Shown here one piece after another: positions 10,450 to 20,338 of a DNA stretch of 32,000 nucleotides. Position numbers and translations under genes: made by a program. The DNA is from Demequinaceae bacterium. Its GTDB lineage: Bacteria; Actinomycetota; Actinomycetes; Actinomycetales; Demequinaceae. The stretch is taken from NCBI GenBank assembly GCA_965250005.1, contig OZ252279.1, forward strand, positions 450,001-482,000, given 5' to 3'. The notes beneath the pieces were generated by a model. The model was not told the origin of the DNA, made no database searches, and saw only the letters and a program-made list of their open reading frames with translations. Numbering within the stretch: position 1 is the stretch's first letter; the number at the start of each line of letters is the position of its first letter.

Positions 10450-12524
10450 TTGGCGGCCACGATTGAATCACGGGCTGCCGCTGCCACGGCGTCGGCAGTG
10501 AAACCGAACTCCTTGAATAGAAGGCCGCCGTCCGCCGACGCCCCATAGTGCTCAATCGATACCGCACGCCCAGCGTCCCCGAGCAGGTCGTGCCAGCATT
10601 GGGCGATGCCCGCTTCTACGGTCACGCGAGCGCGAACGCCAGCGGAAATCACGGACTCACGGTAACGAGCATCCTGTTCGTCAAACCACTCGCGGCAGGG
10701 CATGGAGACGACTCGCGCCTGCACGCCTTCGGCTGCAAGCAGCTCGCGAGCGCCCAATGCGTGCTGAACCTCGGAGCCCGTGGCGATAAGAACGACGTCC
10801 GCGTCTCCATCTGTCTCTGCGAGCACATATGCACCCCTAAGGACGCCCTCGGCGCCCGCGAGTTTCCCGGCGCCACGCTCAACTGTCGGAACATTTTGAC
10901 GAGTCAAGATGATGCCCGCCGGGCGGTCGGTGCGCTCGAGGATTCCCCGCCATGCGTACGACGTCTCGTTTGCGTCTGCGGGACGAACCACGTCGAGCCC
11001 TGGAATCGCCCGCAGCGAGGCGAGGTGCTCGACCGGCTGGTGCGTCGGCCCGTCTTCGCCCAGACCGATGGAGTCGTGCGTCCACACGAACGTGGACGGG
11101 ATCTTCATCAGTGCGGCGAGTCGAACGGAACCGCGCATGTAGTCGGAGAACACAAGAAAGGTGCCGCCGTACGCGCGCGTCTGCCCGTGCAGAACGATGC
11201 CGTTGAGGATCGCTCCCATCGCGTGCTCGCGGATGCCGAAGTGCATGGTGCGCCCATACTTGTGACCCCTAAACATGTCGGTGGAACGGGCCTCAGGAAG
11301 GAAGGACGGCTCGCCCTTCATGGTGGTGTTGTTGGAGCCTGCGAGGTCGGCAGAACCTCCCCATAACTCGGGAAGCACAGGGGCAAGGGCGGCTAGCACG
11401 GCGCCTGAGGCGGCGCGGGTGGCGAGTGCGCCGCCTGCCTCGAACACGGGCAGCACAGACTCCCAGCCCGCGGGAAGCTCGCGCTTGCGCACGCGTGCCA
11501 GCAGCGCGGCCTGCTCGGGATTGGCCTTCTCCCATGCGTCGAATTTGGTGTCCCACTCCGCGTGAGCGGCTTGGCCGCGGTCCTTCAGTTGGTGCGCGTG
11601 CGCCAAGACGTCGGCGTCTACCGCGAAGTCCTGCTCGGGATCGAAACCCAAGGCCTCCTTGAGCGCCTTGACCTCGTCGGTGCCGAGCTTAGAGCCGTGG
11701 ATAGCGCCCGTGTTTTGCTTGGCGGGGGCAGGCCAGCCAATGATGGTGCGGAGCCCAATGATCGAGGGCTTGCCTGTCTCTGACTTGGCCGCGGCGATGG
11801 CGTCAGCGAGGGCGTCAACGTCCTCCTTGTAGCCGCCATCCGGCTGCGTCCAGCTCACGCGGTGCGTGTCCCAGCCGTACGCCGCGTAGCGCGCAAGTAC
11901 GTCCTCGGTGAAGGCAACCTCCGTGTCGTCCTCGATCGAGATGTGGTTGTCGTCCCATAGCACGATGAGGTTGCCGAGTTCCTGAGTTCCGGCGAGAGAC
12001 GACGCCTCGGCGGTCACGCCCTCCTGGAGGTCGCCGTCAGACGCAATCACGTAGACGTGGTGGTCGAACGGGCTGTCACCTGCGGCGGCGTCCGGGTCGA
12101 ATAGTCCACGCTCGCGGCGCGCCGCCATGGCCATGCCGACGGCTGACGCGAGTCCGGAGCCGAGCGGCCCTGTAGTGATCTCGACTCCGTCGGTGTGGCC
12201 GACTTCTGGGTGACCCGGAGTGCGTGAGCCGAAGGTGCGCAGGGACTTTAGGTCATCGAGCGTCAGGTCGTAGCCGGAGGCGAAGAGCTGGAGGTAGAGC
12301 GTGAGCGAAGAGTGACCTGCAGACAGCACGAAGCGGTCCCGGCCGAGCCACGCGGAGTTGGTGGGATCGTGGCGTATGACGTTCTGGAACAGGTAGTACG
12401 CGGCCGGAGCGAGGCTGATCGCCGTGCCCGGGTGACCGTTCCCCACTTTCTCCACGGCATCTGCTGCCAAAACGCGAAGCGTGTCGACCGCAGCGCGGTC
12501 CTTGTCGGTCCAGTTGACGGTCAC
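10446..12524 (-). CDS. tkt: Transketolase
   Basis: AVEKVGNGHPGTAISLAPAAYYLFQNVIRHDP, DRFVLSAGHSSLTLY, TGPLGSGLASAVGMAMA, VWTHDSIGLGEDGPTHQPVEHLASLRAIPGL. Confidence 0.97.
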   Translation of the reverse strand: MTVNWTDKDRAAVDTLRVLAADAVEKVGNGHPGTAISLAPAAYYLFQNVIRHDPTNSAWLGRDRFVLSAGHSSLTLYLQLFASGYDLTLDDLKSLRTFGSRTPGHPEVGHTDGVEITTGPLGSGLASAVGMAMAARRERGLFDPDAAAGDSPFDHHVYVIASDGDLQEGVTAEASSLAGTQELGNLIVLWDDNHISIEDDTEVAFTEDVLARYAAYGWDTHRVSWTQPDGGYKEDVDALADAIAAAKSETGKPSIIGLRTIIGWPAPAKQNTGAIHGSKLGTDEVKALKEALGFDPEQDFAVDADVLAHAHQLKDRGQAAHAEWDTKFDAWEKANPEQAALLARVRKRELPAGWESVLPVFEAGGALATRAASGAVLAALAPVLPELWGGSADLAGSNNTTMKGEPSFLPEARSTDMFRGHKYGRTMHFGIREHAMGAILNGIVLHGQTRAYGGTFLVFSDYMRGSVRLAALMKIPSTFVWTHDSIGLGEDGPTHQPVEHLASLRAIPGLDVVRPADANETSYAWRGILERTDRPAGIILTRQNVPTVERGAGKLAGAEGVLRGAYVLAETDGDADVVLIATGSEVQHALGARELLAAEGVQARVVSMPCREWFDEQDARYRESVISAGVRARVTVEAGIAQCWHDLLGDAGRAVSIEHYGASADGGLLFKEFGFTADAVAAAARDSIVAAK

Positions 12525-12615
12525 GGATACTCCCCGAAAAAGAATGGCTGAGGTCTCCCACAGCCTACCGGCGCAGCGGCGTTGGACAGAACTTCAGCGC
12601 CGGTACGATGGCCTC

Positions 12616-13569
12616 ATGCCCACAGCGTCTTCGCCCACCGCGGTCAAGGTCCCCGGATGGATCCTTGCCTCACGCAAGTTGAAGGCCTACGTGGCGCTCA
12701 CCAAACCGCGCATAGTCGAGCTACTGCTCGCCACCACGTTGCCAACGATGTTTCTGGCAAGCGATGGTTGGCCGGACGCATGGCTCACGGTGGCCACGCT
12801 CATCGGAGGCACTCTGTCAGCCGGTTCCGCCAACGCGTTCAACATGTATATCGACCGGGACATCGACGCGATCATGAAGCGGACCAAGAACCGCCCGATC
12901 GTCACGGGCGCCGTTTCCCCTCGCGCGGCCTTGGTATTCGCCTGGATACTGGGCGCCTTGTCCACGGCGTGGTTCTACTGGATCGTCGGATCCCCACTTG
13001 CGACCCTGCTCTCTGTGCTGGCGATCCTCGCCTACGTAGTGGGCTACACACTGATCCTGAAGCGCCGCACTCCGCAGAACATTGTGTGGGGCGGAGCAGC
13101 GGGGTGCATGCCCGTCCTCATCGGCTGGGCGGCCGTCACGGAGAAGGTCAGTTGGGCGCCGATCTTGCTCTTTCTCATCGTCTTCTTCTGGACGCCGCCG
13201 CACTACTGGCCACTGTCGATGAAGTTCAAGGGCGACTACGCGCATGCTGACGTCCCTATGCTTCCGGTAGTCGCCACCTCTCGCAGGGTCGCCACGGAAA
13301 TGATCACTTATGCGATCGCCATGGTCGGGGCATCTCTTGTGTTGATTCCCGTCGCACGAATGACTTGGGTCTACGCACTCGCGGCGATCGTGCTCGGGTT
13401 GTGGTTTGTTGCCGGGTGCTTCGCGCTCTACGGCCGCGCCCGCCGTGGCGAAAAGAAACTGCGCGAAATGCGACTCTTCCGCGACTCGATCGCGTACCTC
13501 ACTGTGCTCTTCACGTTCGTCATGATCGATCCCGTTCTGCCAGACTCGCTCACCGTCTGGATGGGCTGA
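12616..13569 (+). CDS. ctaB: Protoheme IX farnesyltransferase (heme O synthase)
   Basis: [109 protein letters not shown] 12616 preferred to 12481. Confidence 0.96.
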   Translation: MPTASSPTAVKVPGWILASRKLKAYVALTKPRIVELLLATTLPTMFLASDGWPDAWLTVATLIGGTLSAGSANAFNMYIDRDIDAIMKRTKNRPIVTGAVSPRAALVFAWILGALSTAWFYWIVGSPLATLLSVLAILAYVVGYTLILKRRTPQNIVWGGAAGCMPVLIGWAAVTEKVSWAPILLFLIVFFWTPPHYWPLSMKFKGDYAHADVPMLPVVATSRRVATEMITYAIAMVGASLVLIPVARMTWVYALAAIVLGLWFVAGCFALYGRARRGEKKLREMRLFRDSIAYLTVLFTFVMIDPVLPDSLTVWMG

Positions 13570-13580
13570 CGGGCGCGCTC

Positions 13581-14519
13581 GTGCTGACCCGCCAGCGGGA
13601 TATGTACCTCGCTCACGTGACCGTCGAGCGCGGCCTGAGCGACAACACCGTCAGCGCCTACCGCCGCGACCTCAGGCGCTACCTCGCGTTCCTCGAGTCC
13701 CGCAGCATCACCTCGCTGGCCGATGTCCAGCGCGCCGATGTGAGCGCGTTTAGCCAGGCGGTCGGCGACGGGGGAGATGGGGGAAGACCTCTGGCTGCGG
13801 CGTCGGCTTCGCGCATCATTTCCGCCGTGCGGGGCTGGCATCGCTTCGCCGTCGACGAAGGATGGACGGCACACGACCCGTCGCGCGAGGTCAAACCCCG
13901 CGTCATCCCCAGGCGGCTTCCCAAGGCGATCTCGACCCAACAGGTTGCCGCCATCATCGAAGCCGCGGGATCGACTGACGCGATCGCCGGTAGGGATACG
14001 CCCCGTCAGTTGCGCGACCGCGCGCTGCTCGAGATGCTCTACGCTACGGGCGCGAGAATCTCCGAACTTGTCGGTCTGGATGTGGACGACGCCGTCTTGA
14101 CTTTGGGCGCGGAGTCCGCACTTCTTCGCGGCAAGGGCCGCAAGGAGCGCGTCGTTCCCGTGGGCCGGGCAGCCATCGACGCGCTAGGTGCCTACCTGTC
14201 GCGCGGACGGGCCGCGCTCGTGGGAAAGGGCGATGGCGGTGCGGCAATATTTCTGAATACCCGTGGAGGTCGCTTGAGTCGTCAGAGCGCGTGGGCAATC
14301 CTGAAAGCCGCTGCCTCTCGCACCGGCGTCGAGCATGTCTCGCCCCATACGATGCGCCACAGCTTCGCCACTCACCTGTTGTCTGGCGGAGCGGATGTGC
14401 GCGTTGTCCAGGAACTTCTGGGGCACGCGAGTGTCACCACTACGCAGCTCTACACACTCGTGACCCAGGACACGCTGCGCGAGGTCTACGTATCCGCCCA
14501 CCCCAGAGCGCTGCGGTAG
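13581..14519 (+). CDS. xerD: Site-specific tyrosine recombinase XerD
   Basis: [97 protein letters not shown]. Start (GTG 13581) is approximate. Confidence 0.93.
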   Translation: MLTRQRDMYLAHVTVERGLSDNTVSAYRRDLRRYLAFLESRSITSLADVQRADVSAFSQAVGDGGDGGRPLAAASASRIISAVRGWHRFAVDEGWTAHDPSREVKPRVIPRRLPKAISTQQVAAIIEAAGSTDAIAGRDTPRQLRDRALLEMLYATGARISELVGLDVDDAVLTLGAESALLRGKGRKERVVPVGRAAIDALGAYLSRGRAALVGKGDGGAAIFLNTRGGRLSRQSAWAILKAAASRTGVEHVSPHTMRHSFATHLLSGGADVRVVQELLGHASVTTTQLYTLVTQDTLREVYVSAHPRALR

Positions 14520-14528
14520 CGTGTCACT

Positions 14529-15344
14529 GTGACGGACTTCCCGGTACCGGTCGCGCTCGAGTCGCACGGACCCGCGCGCGTCATCGCCCTCTGCAATCAG
14601 AAGGGCGGCGTAGGCAAGACGACCACGGCCGTCAACCTCGCCGCATCGTTCGCCGACTATGGCCGCAAGGTGTTGCTGGTCGACTTCGACCCCCAGGGGG
14701 CCGTATGTGCGTCGTTCGGAATCAACGCGAACTCGCTCGATAAGACCATCTACCACGTGATGACCGACGAAGGCTTGAACGCCCGCGACGCGGTGCTGCC
14801 GTCCGGTGTCGAGAACCTTGACGTCCTTCCGGCGAACATCGACCTGGCCGCAGCCGAGCAGACGCTGGTCAACGAGGTTGCCCGAGAAGGTGTTCTCGAC
14901 CGTGCGCTCAAGCCCCTTCACGACGACTACGACCTGATCCTCATCGACTGCCAGCCGTCCCTTGGCCTGCTCACGGTAAACGCGCTGGTGGCGGCTCACG
15001 GGGTGCTGATCCCGCTCGCATGCGAATACTTCGCGATGCGCGGCGTTGCGCTGCTGATCGACACCATCAACAAAGTGCAGACGCGGCTCAACTCTCGCTT
15101 GACGGTGGACGGCTTATTGCCAACGATGTATGACGCCCGCACACTGCACTGCCGCGAGGTGGTCGAGGCGGTTCAGGAGGCTTTCGGGGATCAGGTGCTC
15201 GAGACGTTCATCGGCCGCACGGTTAAATTCCCGGATGCAACCGTGGCAGCCGAGCCCATGCTTACCTTCGCCCCCGGGCACCTCGGGACCAAGCAGTACC
15301 GCGAGGTCGCTCGCGAGCTCATTGCCAGGGGAGTAGCGGCCTGA
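14529..15344 (+). CDS. ParA family ATPase (Walker-type, scpAB-linked)
   Basis: [59 protein letters not shown]; directly upstream of scpA. Confidence 0.93.
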   Translation: MTDFPVPVALESHGPARVIALCNQKGGVGKTTTAVNLAASFADYGRKVLLVDFDPQGAVCASFGINANSLDKTIYHVMTDEGLNARDAVLPSGVENLDVLPANIDLAAAEQTLVNEVAREGVLDRALKPLHDDYDLILIDCQPSLGLLTVNALVAAHGVLIPLACEYFAMRGVALLIDTINKVQTRLNSRLTVDGLLPTMYDARTLHCREVVEAVQEAFGDQVLETFIGRTVKFPDATVAAEPMLTFAPGHLGTKQYREVARELIARGVAA

Positions 15345-15345
15345 G

Positions 15346-16182
15346 ATGACAACTCAGATCGTGAATTCGGCCGACGCCCAGGGCGATGCCGCTGGCAGCC
15401 CGGGCTTCGATGTGCACCTCGATAATTTCGAGGGTCCGTTCGACCTGCTGCTTTCGCTTATCTCGAAGCACGAGCTCCAGATCACCGAGATCGCTCTCTC
15501 GGCCGTCACCGACGAATTCATTGCGACGGTGATGGCGGACGGGCTCGACTGGGACCTGAGCGGAGCGAGCGAGTTCCTCGTGGTGGCCGCGACGCTCCTC
15601 GACCTTAAAGCCGCACGGTTGCTGCCCCAGGGCGAGGTCGAGGACGCAGAGGACTTGGCCATGCTGGAGGCACGCGACCTGCTGTTTGCCCGCCTCTTGC
15701 AGTACCGCGCGTTCAAAGAAATTGCCGGATCCCTAGAATCTTTGCTCGATGCCCCGCGCAGGGTCCCACGTAACGTCGCACTTGAGCCGCACTTCGCCAT
15801 GTTGTTGCCCGAGCTCGTGTGGGCCGTTGACGCGGACACACTTGCTCGCCTGGCGGCATACGCTCTTGAATTCCGTCCCGATCAGGGCGTCTCGCTCACA
15901 CACCTGCACAATCCCAAGGTGTCGGTGCGCGAGCAGGCGGCCGTCATATCCACACACCTGCAGCGCGAGGGGACGATGACCTTCCGCGCGCTGACCGCGG
16001 ACGCGCAAGAGATCGCCGTCGTCGTGGCGCGCTTTCTCGCCCTGCTCGAACTGTTCCGCGAATCCGCCGTCGCGTTTGATCAGGTACGGTCTCTGAGCGA
16101 CCTCACAGTGCGCTGGACTGGCGGCGAGCGGGGGTTCGAACTTGCGGCCGATTTTGATGAGGACCACCACGCACATGACTGA
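15346..16182 (+). CDS. scpA: Segregation and condensation protein A
   Basis: FDVHLDNFEGPFDLLLSLISKHELQITEIALSAVTDEF, EFLVVAATLLDLKAARLLP; overlaps scpB. Confidence 0.93.
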   Translation: MTTQIVNSADAQGDAAGSPGFDVHLDNFEGPFDLLLSLISKHELQITEIALSAVTDEFIATVMADGLDWDLSGASEFLVVAATLLDLKAARLLPQGEVEDAEDLAMLEARDLLFARLLQYRAFKEIAGSLESLLDAPRRVPRNVALEPHFAMLLPELVWAVDADTLARLAAYALEFRPDQGVSLTHLHNPKVSVREQAAVISTHLQREGTMTFRALTADAQEIAVVVARFLALLELFRESAVAFDQVRSLSDLTVRWTGGERGFELAADFDEDHHAHD

Positions 16183-16723
16183 CACGCACCTAGCGGGCGC
16201 TATTGAGGCCGTGCTTATGGTCACAGACGACCCCGTATCTGCCGCGGACCTCGCGGCCGCAATCGAGGTTCCGGAGAACGACGTCCGCGCTGCTGTCGAA
16301 GCCCTCCGCGACGAGTACGCAGACCCGGACCGGCCTCGCGGCTTTGAGTTGCGCGAAACTGATGGCCGGTGGCGCATCTACTCTGCTCGCCTGTACGCCG
16401 ATATCGTCGGACGCTTTGTGGTGGATGGACAGTCGGCGCGGCTCTCTCAAGCGGCTTTGGAGACGCTCGCTGTGGTCGCATACCGCCAGCCGGTCACGCG
16501 TGGTCAGATTTCGCAGATTCGAGGAGTGAGCGTGGATACCGTTGTCAAAACGCTCCTATCGCGTGGCCTCGTCACCGAGGTGGGGGAGATCGCGGGCGCT
16601 ACACAGTACGGAACCACCACCGAGTTCCTCGAGCGCATGGGCTTGCATTCTGCCGAAGAGCTTCCGCCGCTCGCGCCGTACCTGCCGGATCTCGCCGACG
16701 TAGATGCCGAGGGCGCGGCCTAG
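16175..16723 (+). CDS. scpB: Segregation and condensation protein B
   Basis: IEAVLMVTDDPVSAADLAAAI, LSQAALETLAVVAYRQPVTRGQISQIRGVSVDTVVKTLLSRGLVTEVG. ATG 16175 overlaps the scpA stop. Confidence 0.93.
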   Translation: MTDTHLAGAIEAVLMVTDDPVSAADLAAAIEVPENDVRAAVEALRDEYADPDRPRGFELRETDGRWRIYSARLYADIVGRFVVDGQSARLSQAALETLAVVAYRQPVTRGQISQIRGVSVDTVVKTLLSRGLVTEVGEIAGATQYGTTTEFLERMGLHSAEELPPLAPYLPDLADVDAEGAA

Positions 16724-17469
16724 TGACCATGGAAATCCACCGACCGGAGGGCGTACGCCTGCAGAAGGTGCTCGCCGCCGCCGGCATAGGGTCCCGCCGC
16801 AAGTGCGAGATTCTGATCGAGCAGGGTCGCGTGAAGATCGACGGGGAAGTCGTCGCCGCACAGGGTATCCGCGTGGACCCTGAAAATGTCATGATTGAAG
16901 TTGACGACAAGCGCATCCACGTGGGAGACGAGCACCTGACGGTGGTCCTCAACAAGCCTCGCGGCGTCGTGAGCACCATGAGCGACCCTGACGGCAAGCC
17001 CGCGCTTGACCAGTTCGTCAAGGAGTACGAGCCGCGGCTGTTTCACGTGGGCCGGCTGGACGCCGAGACCACGGGCGTCTTGCTGATGACCAACAACGGC
17101 GAGCTCGCGAACCGGCTCGCGCACCCGGCTCACGGTGTTGGGAAGGTCTACATGGCGAAAGTACGCGGAACCGTCCCGTCTTCCATCTGCACCACCCTGC
17201 GATCAGGCGTGGATCTGGAAGACGGCCCTGTCCGTGTCACGCAGTGCCACGTGCTCGACACGCAGGGTCAGAGCTCACTGATCGAAGTCACACTTCACGA
17301 GGGCCGCAATAGGATCGTGCGCCGCATGTTCGACGCGGTTGGGTTTCCCGTGGTGGAACTGGTGCGGACGTCGTTTGGTCCCATCCGGCTCGGCACGCTC
17401 GCCCCCGGCGAGGCCCGGGTACTCGGACGCGAGGACGTGGGCGCACTGATGGCGGCTGCGGGGCTCTAG
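16723..17469 (+). CDS. rluB: 23S rRNA pseudouridine synthase, RsuA/RluB family
   Basis: GVRLQKVLAAAGIGSRRKCEILIEQGRVKIDG, NKPRGVVSTMSDP, HVGRLDAETTGVLLMTNNGELANRLAHPAHGV, VTLHEGRNRIVRRMFDAVGFPVVELVRTSFGPI. Confidence 0.92.
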   Translation: MTMEIHRPEGVRLQKVLAAAGIGSRRKCEILIEQGRVKIDGEVVAAQGIRVDPENVMIEVDDKRIHVGDEHLTVVLNKPRGVVSTMSDPDGKPALDQFVKEYEPRLFHVGRLDAETTGVLLMTNNGELANRLAHPAHGVGKVYMAKVRGTVPSSICTTLRSGVDLEDGPVRVTQCHVLDTQGQSSLIEVTLHEGRNRIVRRMFDAVGFPVVELVRTSFGPIRLGTLAPGEARVLGREDVGALMAAAGL

Positions 17470-17500
17470 CCGCCGATAACATAGACGCTGGAGGCCAACC

Positions 17501-17863
17501 ATGACTATCCGCGCGATACGCGGCGCGACCACCGTCCCGGTGGACGAGCAGGCGGTTTTGCATGACCGCACCGTCGAGCTAGTTTCCGCGATGATCGAGC
17601 AGAACGCGCTCTCAACGGACGACCTCATCTCTATATTCTTCACGTGCACCGTCGACCTCACCTCGTACTTCCCGGCGGCCGCAGCGCGGAGCATCGGGCT
17701 GGGCGACGTCCCGCTCATGTGCACCGTTGAGATGGATGTGGACGGCGCACCCGAGCGCGTCATTCGGGTGATGGCTCATGCCAACATGGACGTCCCGCGG
17801 GCCGACATCAAACATGTCTACCTCCACGAAGCTGTAGCGCTGCGGCGCGACCTGGCGCAGTAG
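17501..17863 (+). CDS. aroH: Chorismate mutase, AroH type
   Basis: 120 aa; RAIRGATTVPVDE, LISIFFTCTVDLTSYFPAAAAR, VPLMCTVEMDVDG, IRVMAHANMD, HVYLHEAVALRRDL. Confidence 0.95.
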   Translation: MTIRAIRGATTVPVDEQAVLHDRTVELVSAMIEQNALSTDDLISIFFTCTVDLTSYFPAAAARSIGLGDVPLMCTVEMDVDGAPERVIRVMAHANMDVPRADIKHVYLHEAVALRRDLAQ

Positions 17864-17881
17864 CGGCGCAGGCAGAGCAAC

Positions 17882-18949
17882 GTGAGCGACACCCCCGCAT
17901 CGGAATCCGTGGTCCATATTGTGGGCGCCGGGCTCATAGGCGCGTCCTTAGGCATCGGCCTCAAGGCCGAGGGCTGGGACGTGACCATCGCAGACGCCGA
18001 CCCGGATGTCGCCGCACTCGCACAGAGTCTTGGAGCCGGGGAATCGCTCGCGACAGACGCGGAACCCAGTCTCGTCATCATCGCGGTCCCACCCGCTGTG
18101 GCCGCCGCGGAGGTGGCCCAGGCGCTAACCCGTTGGACCAAGGCGATTGTGACGGACGTGGCGTCCGTCAAGGCGCCCATCGCCCGCGCGGCAGCAGAGA
18201 CCGGGCACGCCGAACGCTACGTCGGGTCTCACCCCATGTCTGGTCGGGAGGTTTCCGGCAGCCTCGCGGCACAGGGAGACCTGTTCCGGGCGCGTCCGTG
18301 GGTGGTGTGCCCCAACGGCGCAACTACTGCCGCCACGGCAGCTGTGACCCACCTGGCCGAGGCGCTGGGCGCAGACGTCGTGATGATGGAGGCCGAAGAT
18401 CACGACGTCGCCGTCGCCCGGGTATCGCACACACCCCAAGTGGTCGCCTCCGCCGTGGCCGCCGCGCTTGGGGATCTGGGCGAAGCGGACGTCGCGCTTG
18501 CGGGCCAAGGCCTCAGGGATGTGACCCGAATCGCCGGGAGCGACCCGCGAATGTGGGAAGACATTGCGCGCCTTAACTCTGCCGCCCTGCGCCACACGGT
18601 TGGCCTTGTGGTGGACGACCTCACGCGAGTTCGCGAGGCGAGCGACATTGGCGTTGCCGTAGCAGACCTCGTCTCTCGCGGACGGAAAGAAGCTGCCCGC
18701 ATCCCAGGCAAGCATGGCGGCACCAAGCGCGAATGGGCCGACGTCACGGTCATCGTGCCTGACGAGCCTGGTCAACTGCTGCGGCTACTCACGGACGTTG
18801 CGGGCATCGGAGTCAACGTCGAGGACATCGCAATCGAGCACTCGCCTCGCCAACCCGTGGGCCTCACCACGCTTATCGTCGACCCCAAGCGGTCGGCGGA
18901 TCTCGCGGCGGCGCTGACGGAGTCGGGGTGGGACGTGGCGTCCTCATGA
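17882..18949 (+). CDS. tyrA: Prephenate dehydrogenase
   Basis: VHIVGAGLIGASLGIGLKAEGWDVTIADAD, VGSHPMSGREVSGSLAAQGDLFRARPWVV; C-terminal ACT-like region. Confidence 0.93.
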   Translation: MSDTPASESVVHIVGAGLIGASLGIGLKAEGWDVTIADADPDVAALAQSLGAGESLATDAEPSLVIIAVPPAVAAAEVAQALTRWTKAIVTDVASVKAPIARAAAETGHAERYVGSHPMSGREVSGSLAAQGDLFRARPWVVCPNGATTAATAAVTHLAEALGADVVMMEAEDHDVAVARVSHTPQVVASAVAAALGDLGEADVALAGQGLRDVTRIAGSDPRMWEDIARLNSAALRHTVGLVVDDLTRVREASDIGVAVADLVSRGRKEAARIPGKHGGTKREWADVTVIVPDEPGQLLRLLTDVAGIGVNVEDIAIEHSPRQPVGLTTLIVDPKRSADLAAALTESGWDVASS

Positions 18950-19647
18950 CCGGAACCGTGATTGCGATCGACGGCCCCTCTGGTGTAGGCAAATCTACTG
19001 TTGCGCGCGAGGTCGCTCGACGGCTTGGCCTGGCCTACCTTGATACTGGTGCGACGTATCGGGCGGGTGCGCTGTGGTGCATGCGCGAGGGCATCCGCCT
19101 CACTGAACAGGATGACGTCGCTGCCGCCGTGCAGACCATGAACGTTCAACTCGTGCTCGATCCCGACAACCCGTTGGTCTTGCTCGACGGTGAGGATGTC
19201 TCGCGGCAGATTCGGTCCTCGCCGGTCACACTGACAGTTTCGGAGATTGCCACCAATCTGGAGGCACGGGCGATCCTCGGTCAGTGGCAGCGCGACGTCA
19301 TCGCGTCCGAACTCACCGGCGGCTTCTCGCAGGGCGCGGGGATTGTCGCTGAGGGTCGGGACATCACCACGGTTATCGCACCCGAGGCAGAGTCCCGCGT
19401 ACTCATGACAGCCGACCCGGAGGTTCGAGTCGCGCGCCGCGCCGCGGAGGAATCCGGCGGCGGCTTGGACACGCCGCCGAATGTTGACGCCGTGCGTGAC
19501 GCCGTACTCGGCCGCGACGCCAAAGACGCGAAGGCTGTGAACGTCACGGAAGCCGCGAGCGGGGTATTCACGCTGGATACCACCCATATGACGATCGACG
19601 ACGCAGTACAGGCCGTTATCGATCTCGCCCATCGAGGATCACTTTGA
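18946..19647 (+). CDS. cmk: (d)CMP kinase
   Basis: VIAIDGPSGVGKSTVAREVARRLGLAYLDTGATYRAGALWCMREG, GIVAEGRDITTVIAPEAESRVLMTADPEVRVARR. ATG overlaps the tyrA stop. Confidence 0.96.
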   Translation: MTGTVIAIDGPSGVGKSTVAREVARRLGLAYLDTGATYRAGALWCMREGIRLTEQDDVAAAVQTMNVQLVLDPDNPLVLLDGEDVSRQIRSSPVTLTVSEIATNLEARAILGQWQRDVIASELTGGFSQGAGIVAEGRDITTVIAPEAESRVLMTADPEVRVARRAAEESGGGLDTPPNVDAVRDAVLGRDAKDAKAVNVTEAASGVFTLDTTHMTIDDAVQAVIDLAHRGSL

Positions 19648-20336
19648 CCGACCAGGAGAACCGCGCGGCTCCGTCACAGTGCGGTCCCCACTTTGGCCGG
19701 CTCGCGAGCTGGACTTTGGCCCGCGTGTTGTGGCGAACTACGCGACGCGGCAAGAAAAGAGTGCCACGCAAGGGACCTGTGATATTGATAGCCAATCACG
19801 TGGGGTTCATCGACGGACCCGTTGTTCACGGTGTCGCCCCCCGTCCCGTGCACATTCTAGTGAAGACGGAAATGTTCAGAGGGTTCCTCGATTGGTTCCT
19901 GACAGCCGTGGGCCAGATCGAAGTCGATGCGTCGGGAAGGGAGGCCCTCACGCGCGCCAGGCAGGTACTCAAACGCGGGGGAGTCGTCGGCGTCTTCCCC
20001 GAGGGCAGCCGCGGCGCAGGTGCGGCGGAAAACCTGCAAGGAGGTGCGGCTTGGCTGGCGCTGCACACTGGCGCCAGCGTTGTTCCCGTTGCCCTCTTTG
20101 GGACGCGTCGTACGGGGGAACCCGTGGGCGTTTGGCCGCGTCCTGGGCGCAAGATCATCGTCGAATTTGGTGCGCCGTTCTCCGTGGATCCGCCCACGGA
20201 ACTCAAGGGTCGCGCGCGCCAACAGCACGCTGAAGACACTCTCGCCAAAGTGCTTCGCGCCCACGTTGAGTCGGCAGCCTCTCGATCGTCCATTAGTCTT
20301 CCCACGGACGATCCGCTCCGCGAGAAAGAGGCATAA
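19644..20336 (+). CDS. 1-acyl-sn-glycerol-3-phosphate acyltransferase family (PlsC-like)
   Basis: HX4D motif [22 protein letters not shown] motif, VVPVALFGT. Confidence 0.9.
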   Translation: MTDQENRAAPSQCGPHFGRLASWTLARVLWRTTRRGKKRVPRKGPVILIANHVGFIDGPVVHGVAPRPVHILVKTEMFRGFLDWFLTAVGQIEVDASGREALTRARQVLKRGGVVGVFPEGSRGAGAAENLQGGAAWLALHTGASVVPVALFGTRRTGEPVGVWPRPGRKIIVEFGAPFSVDPPTELKGRARQQHAEDTLAKVLRAHVESAASRSSISLPTDDPLREKEA

Positions 20337-20338
20337 CG

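Noticed and set aside
13581-14519. XerD as evidence of a mobile element or integron
   Set aside because: Sequence and context (next to parA-scpAB) fit the housekeeping dif recombinase; no terminal repeats, cargo or attC-like sites seen.
16369-16722. 5' extension of the rluB ORF across scpB
   Set aside because: The extension is out-of-frame scpB sequence; homology to pseudouridine synthases begins at about 16729.
18772-19632. 286-aa minus-strand ORF opposite tyrA/cmk
   Set aside because: Shadow ORF of well-supported genes; no recognisable domain.
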